DNA of 32,000 nt from an uncultured Opitutales bacterium (GTDB taxonomy: Bacteria; Verrucomicrobiota; Verrucomicrobiia; Opitutales; Intestinicryptomonadaceae), in NCBI GenBank assembly GCA_934660865.1, contig CAKUIA010000007.1:60001-92000 (forward strand). The letters run 5' to 3'. Under the pieces are notes generated by a model. The model was not told the origin of the DNA and did not search any database. It was given only the letters and a program-made list of their open reading frames with translations. Shown in pieces: positions 30,781 to 32,000 of this stretch (its first letter is position 1; each line of letters begins with the position of its first letter). A program made the translations under genes and the position numbers.

Positions 30781-32000
30781 TTATTTAAGCCTTGTTTCGT
30801 ACATAGTTTCGGAAATATCCCTAAACTGTTTTACCAAACTCCACATTGGGGTATCGGTTGTATCCACCAAGCCGAACCCGTAGTTTTCGCCGCCGGCGTT
30901 CCTGCCTGTTATTGTTTGGCTTGCCCATTCAAACCAGTGGCAGCCTACAACATAGGGGCTTTGCAAACATTCGGCAATGTAGTTTTCAGTTCTTTTTAAA
31001 CGGTCGCCATCGTTCCTTGTAGCGCACGAGCCGTATTTTGCAAAATTGCCCCTTTCGCTTGTCGGGAACGAATATTCGCCTATAAGTATGGGCTTTTCGG
31101 TATAGTCTTTCGGCAGCTTAAAATGCTTTGTCGGGTTCTTTTCGTAGATATTAAAAACTATAACGTCGGCGTATTTCGAGGCCACCGAAACGTCGGTTTC
31201 GTTTCTGAACACCGCAAAGCGGCAGCCCATATAAAGGGCGTCGGGCACACATTCCTTTACGGCGTCGCGGCAGTTTTTAAAGTAATATTCGCAAAGCTCC
31301 CTTTCAAATTCTGCGGCGTCTACCGCAAAATTGCCCTTAAATTCCACATAGTCGCGGCAATTTAAAAAGTCTTCCCACGAAGCGTATTTTGTCTGCCAGC
31401 TTTTGTTCAGGTTTTCTATTGCGCCGTATTTTTTCTCCAGCATTTTGCCGAAGCGCGCCTTGCTGGGGCGGTTGGGACTAGACATAACCAAAGCCTGCAT
31501 CATTTCGCCCGGCTTGTAGCCGAAATTCGGCTCGTTGTTTACCATAACTCCTATGCAGTAGGGCGAATTTATTATGTCTATATTTTGCATAATCTCTTTT
31601 TTTACGCATTCTTTTAGGTCGTCTTTATAGCAGTCCCAAAAGCCGGAACCGGGAATGTGCCTATTGTCGCCCTCCTTTTTTAGGGGATTGTACGAAAGGC
31701 AGTGCCCCGTGTTTACTATGAATGTATACGGCATTTTTTGCGCCTTGTACATGTCTTTCGAGGCCCAAGCGCCCACCGTGTTAAAGCCCCACTTTTGCAG
31801 GCGCGGAATGTTGTGTATATTGGCATCTTCATTGCCGTATTTTTTGTCGCGCACAAGTTTGCCGAAATCGTATACAACGCATTGCGCATATGGCTTGCCA
31901 TAGCTTGAGGGCGCAAAGCACGTCTTTCTTTTATATTCGTCCAAAAGGCCCTCGAACATATATTCCCTATCGGTAATAATAGTATGCGGGGCGGTGTCGT
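30781..32000 (-). CDS. Clan GH-A (beta/alpha)8-barrel glycoside hydrolase, GH50/GH42-like; N-terminus outside the window
   Basis: The frame stays open upstream of the ORF-track ATG (31959) to the window edge (...DTAPHTIITDREYMFEG...). Contains WGFNTVGAW, the acid/base-type motif VNNEPNFG, the nucleophile-type motif LIGEYSF, and the C-terminal WFEWASQTITGRNAGGENYGFGLVDTTDTP. Confidence 0.6.
   Translation of the reverse strand, partial: DTAPHTIITDREYMFEGLLDEYKRKTCFAPSSYGKPYAQCVVYDFGKLVRDKKYGNEDANIHNIPRLQKWGFNTVGAWASKDMYKAQKMPYTFIVNTGHCLSYNPLKKEGDNRHIPGSGFWDCYKDDLKECVKKEIMQNIDIINSPYCIGVMVNNEPNFGYKPGEMMQALVMSSPNRPSKARFGKMLEKKYGAIENLNKSWQTKYASWEDFLNCRDYVEFKGNFAVDAAEFERELCEYYFKNCRDAVKECVPDALYMGCRFAVFRNETDVSVASKYADVIVFNIYEKNPTKHFKLPKDYTEKPILIGEYSFPTSERGNFAKYGSCATRNDGDRLKRTENYIAECLQSPYVVGCHWFEWASQTITGRNAGGENYGFGLVDTTDTPMWSLVKQFRDISETMYETRLK

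Noticed and set aside
1-32000. Search for CRISPR arrays, tRNA/rRNA genes, IS elements, integrases or phage genes
   Set aside because: No intergenic gap exceeds ~150 nt, and none shows tRNA-like arms or spaced direct repeats. No ORF has transposase or integrase motifs. The only mobile-type element is the small hicAB cassette.

Overview
Densely coding chromosomal segment of a diderm bacterium, shown by lpxB, an AsmA-like protein, a lipobox lipoprotein and a Tat-signal enzyme. The exported ThuA/HEAT, Tat-Gfo/Idh/MocA and glycoside-hydrolase genes suggest the PVC group (Lentisphaerae, Kiritimatiellae or Verrucomicrobia-like), but that is a low-confidence guess. I found no rRNA, tRNA, CRISPR array, transposase or integrase.

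Layout:
- 1-3.6 kb: a CNNM/CorC fragment, a solitary RelE/ParE-like toxin, a secreted four-EF-hand protein with a polyproline tail, and a translationally coupled purU-NUDIX-pyrE string.
- 3.7-9.9 kb: a plus-strand housekeeping string of panC, nadB, apt, an isolated nuoA, an unusual PTS-EIIA/PK_C-like/DAC (c-di-AMP cyclase-type) fusion, and mpl.
- 10.0-10.6 kb: an AT-rich hicAB toxin-antitoxin pair preceded by a perfect 20-bp palindrome.
- 10.7-28.6 kb: an 18-kb uninterrupted minus-strand gene train. Its upstream half encodes four exported proteins: transglutaminase-like/TPR, Tat-Gfo/Idh/MocA, ThuA-HEAT and a CBM-like/beta-helix hydrolase. Its downstream half is ACP, GldA/F/G-type ABC system, DUF4340, AsmA-like giant protein, GnnA-like dehydrogenase and LpxB.
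- 28.7-32 kb: a lipoprotein, thi4-thiE with no recognisable THI-box, and a clan GH-A glycoside hydrolase that runs off the window.

The two best candidates for undescribed biology are the ACP/ABC/GldG/DUF4340/AsmA-like/LpxB envelope-lipid module and the EIIA-PK_C-DAC signalling fusion. All functional calls come from reading motifs in the supplied translations; no database search was run. Several ORF-track starts were moved to internal start codons.
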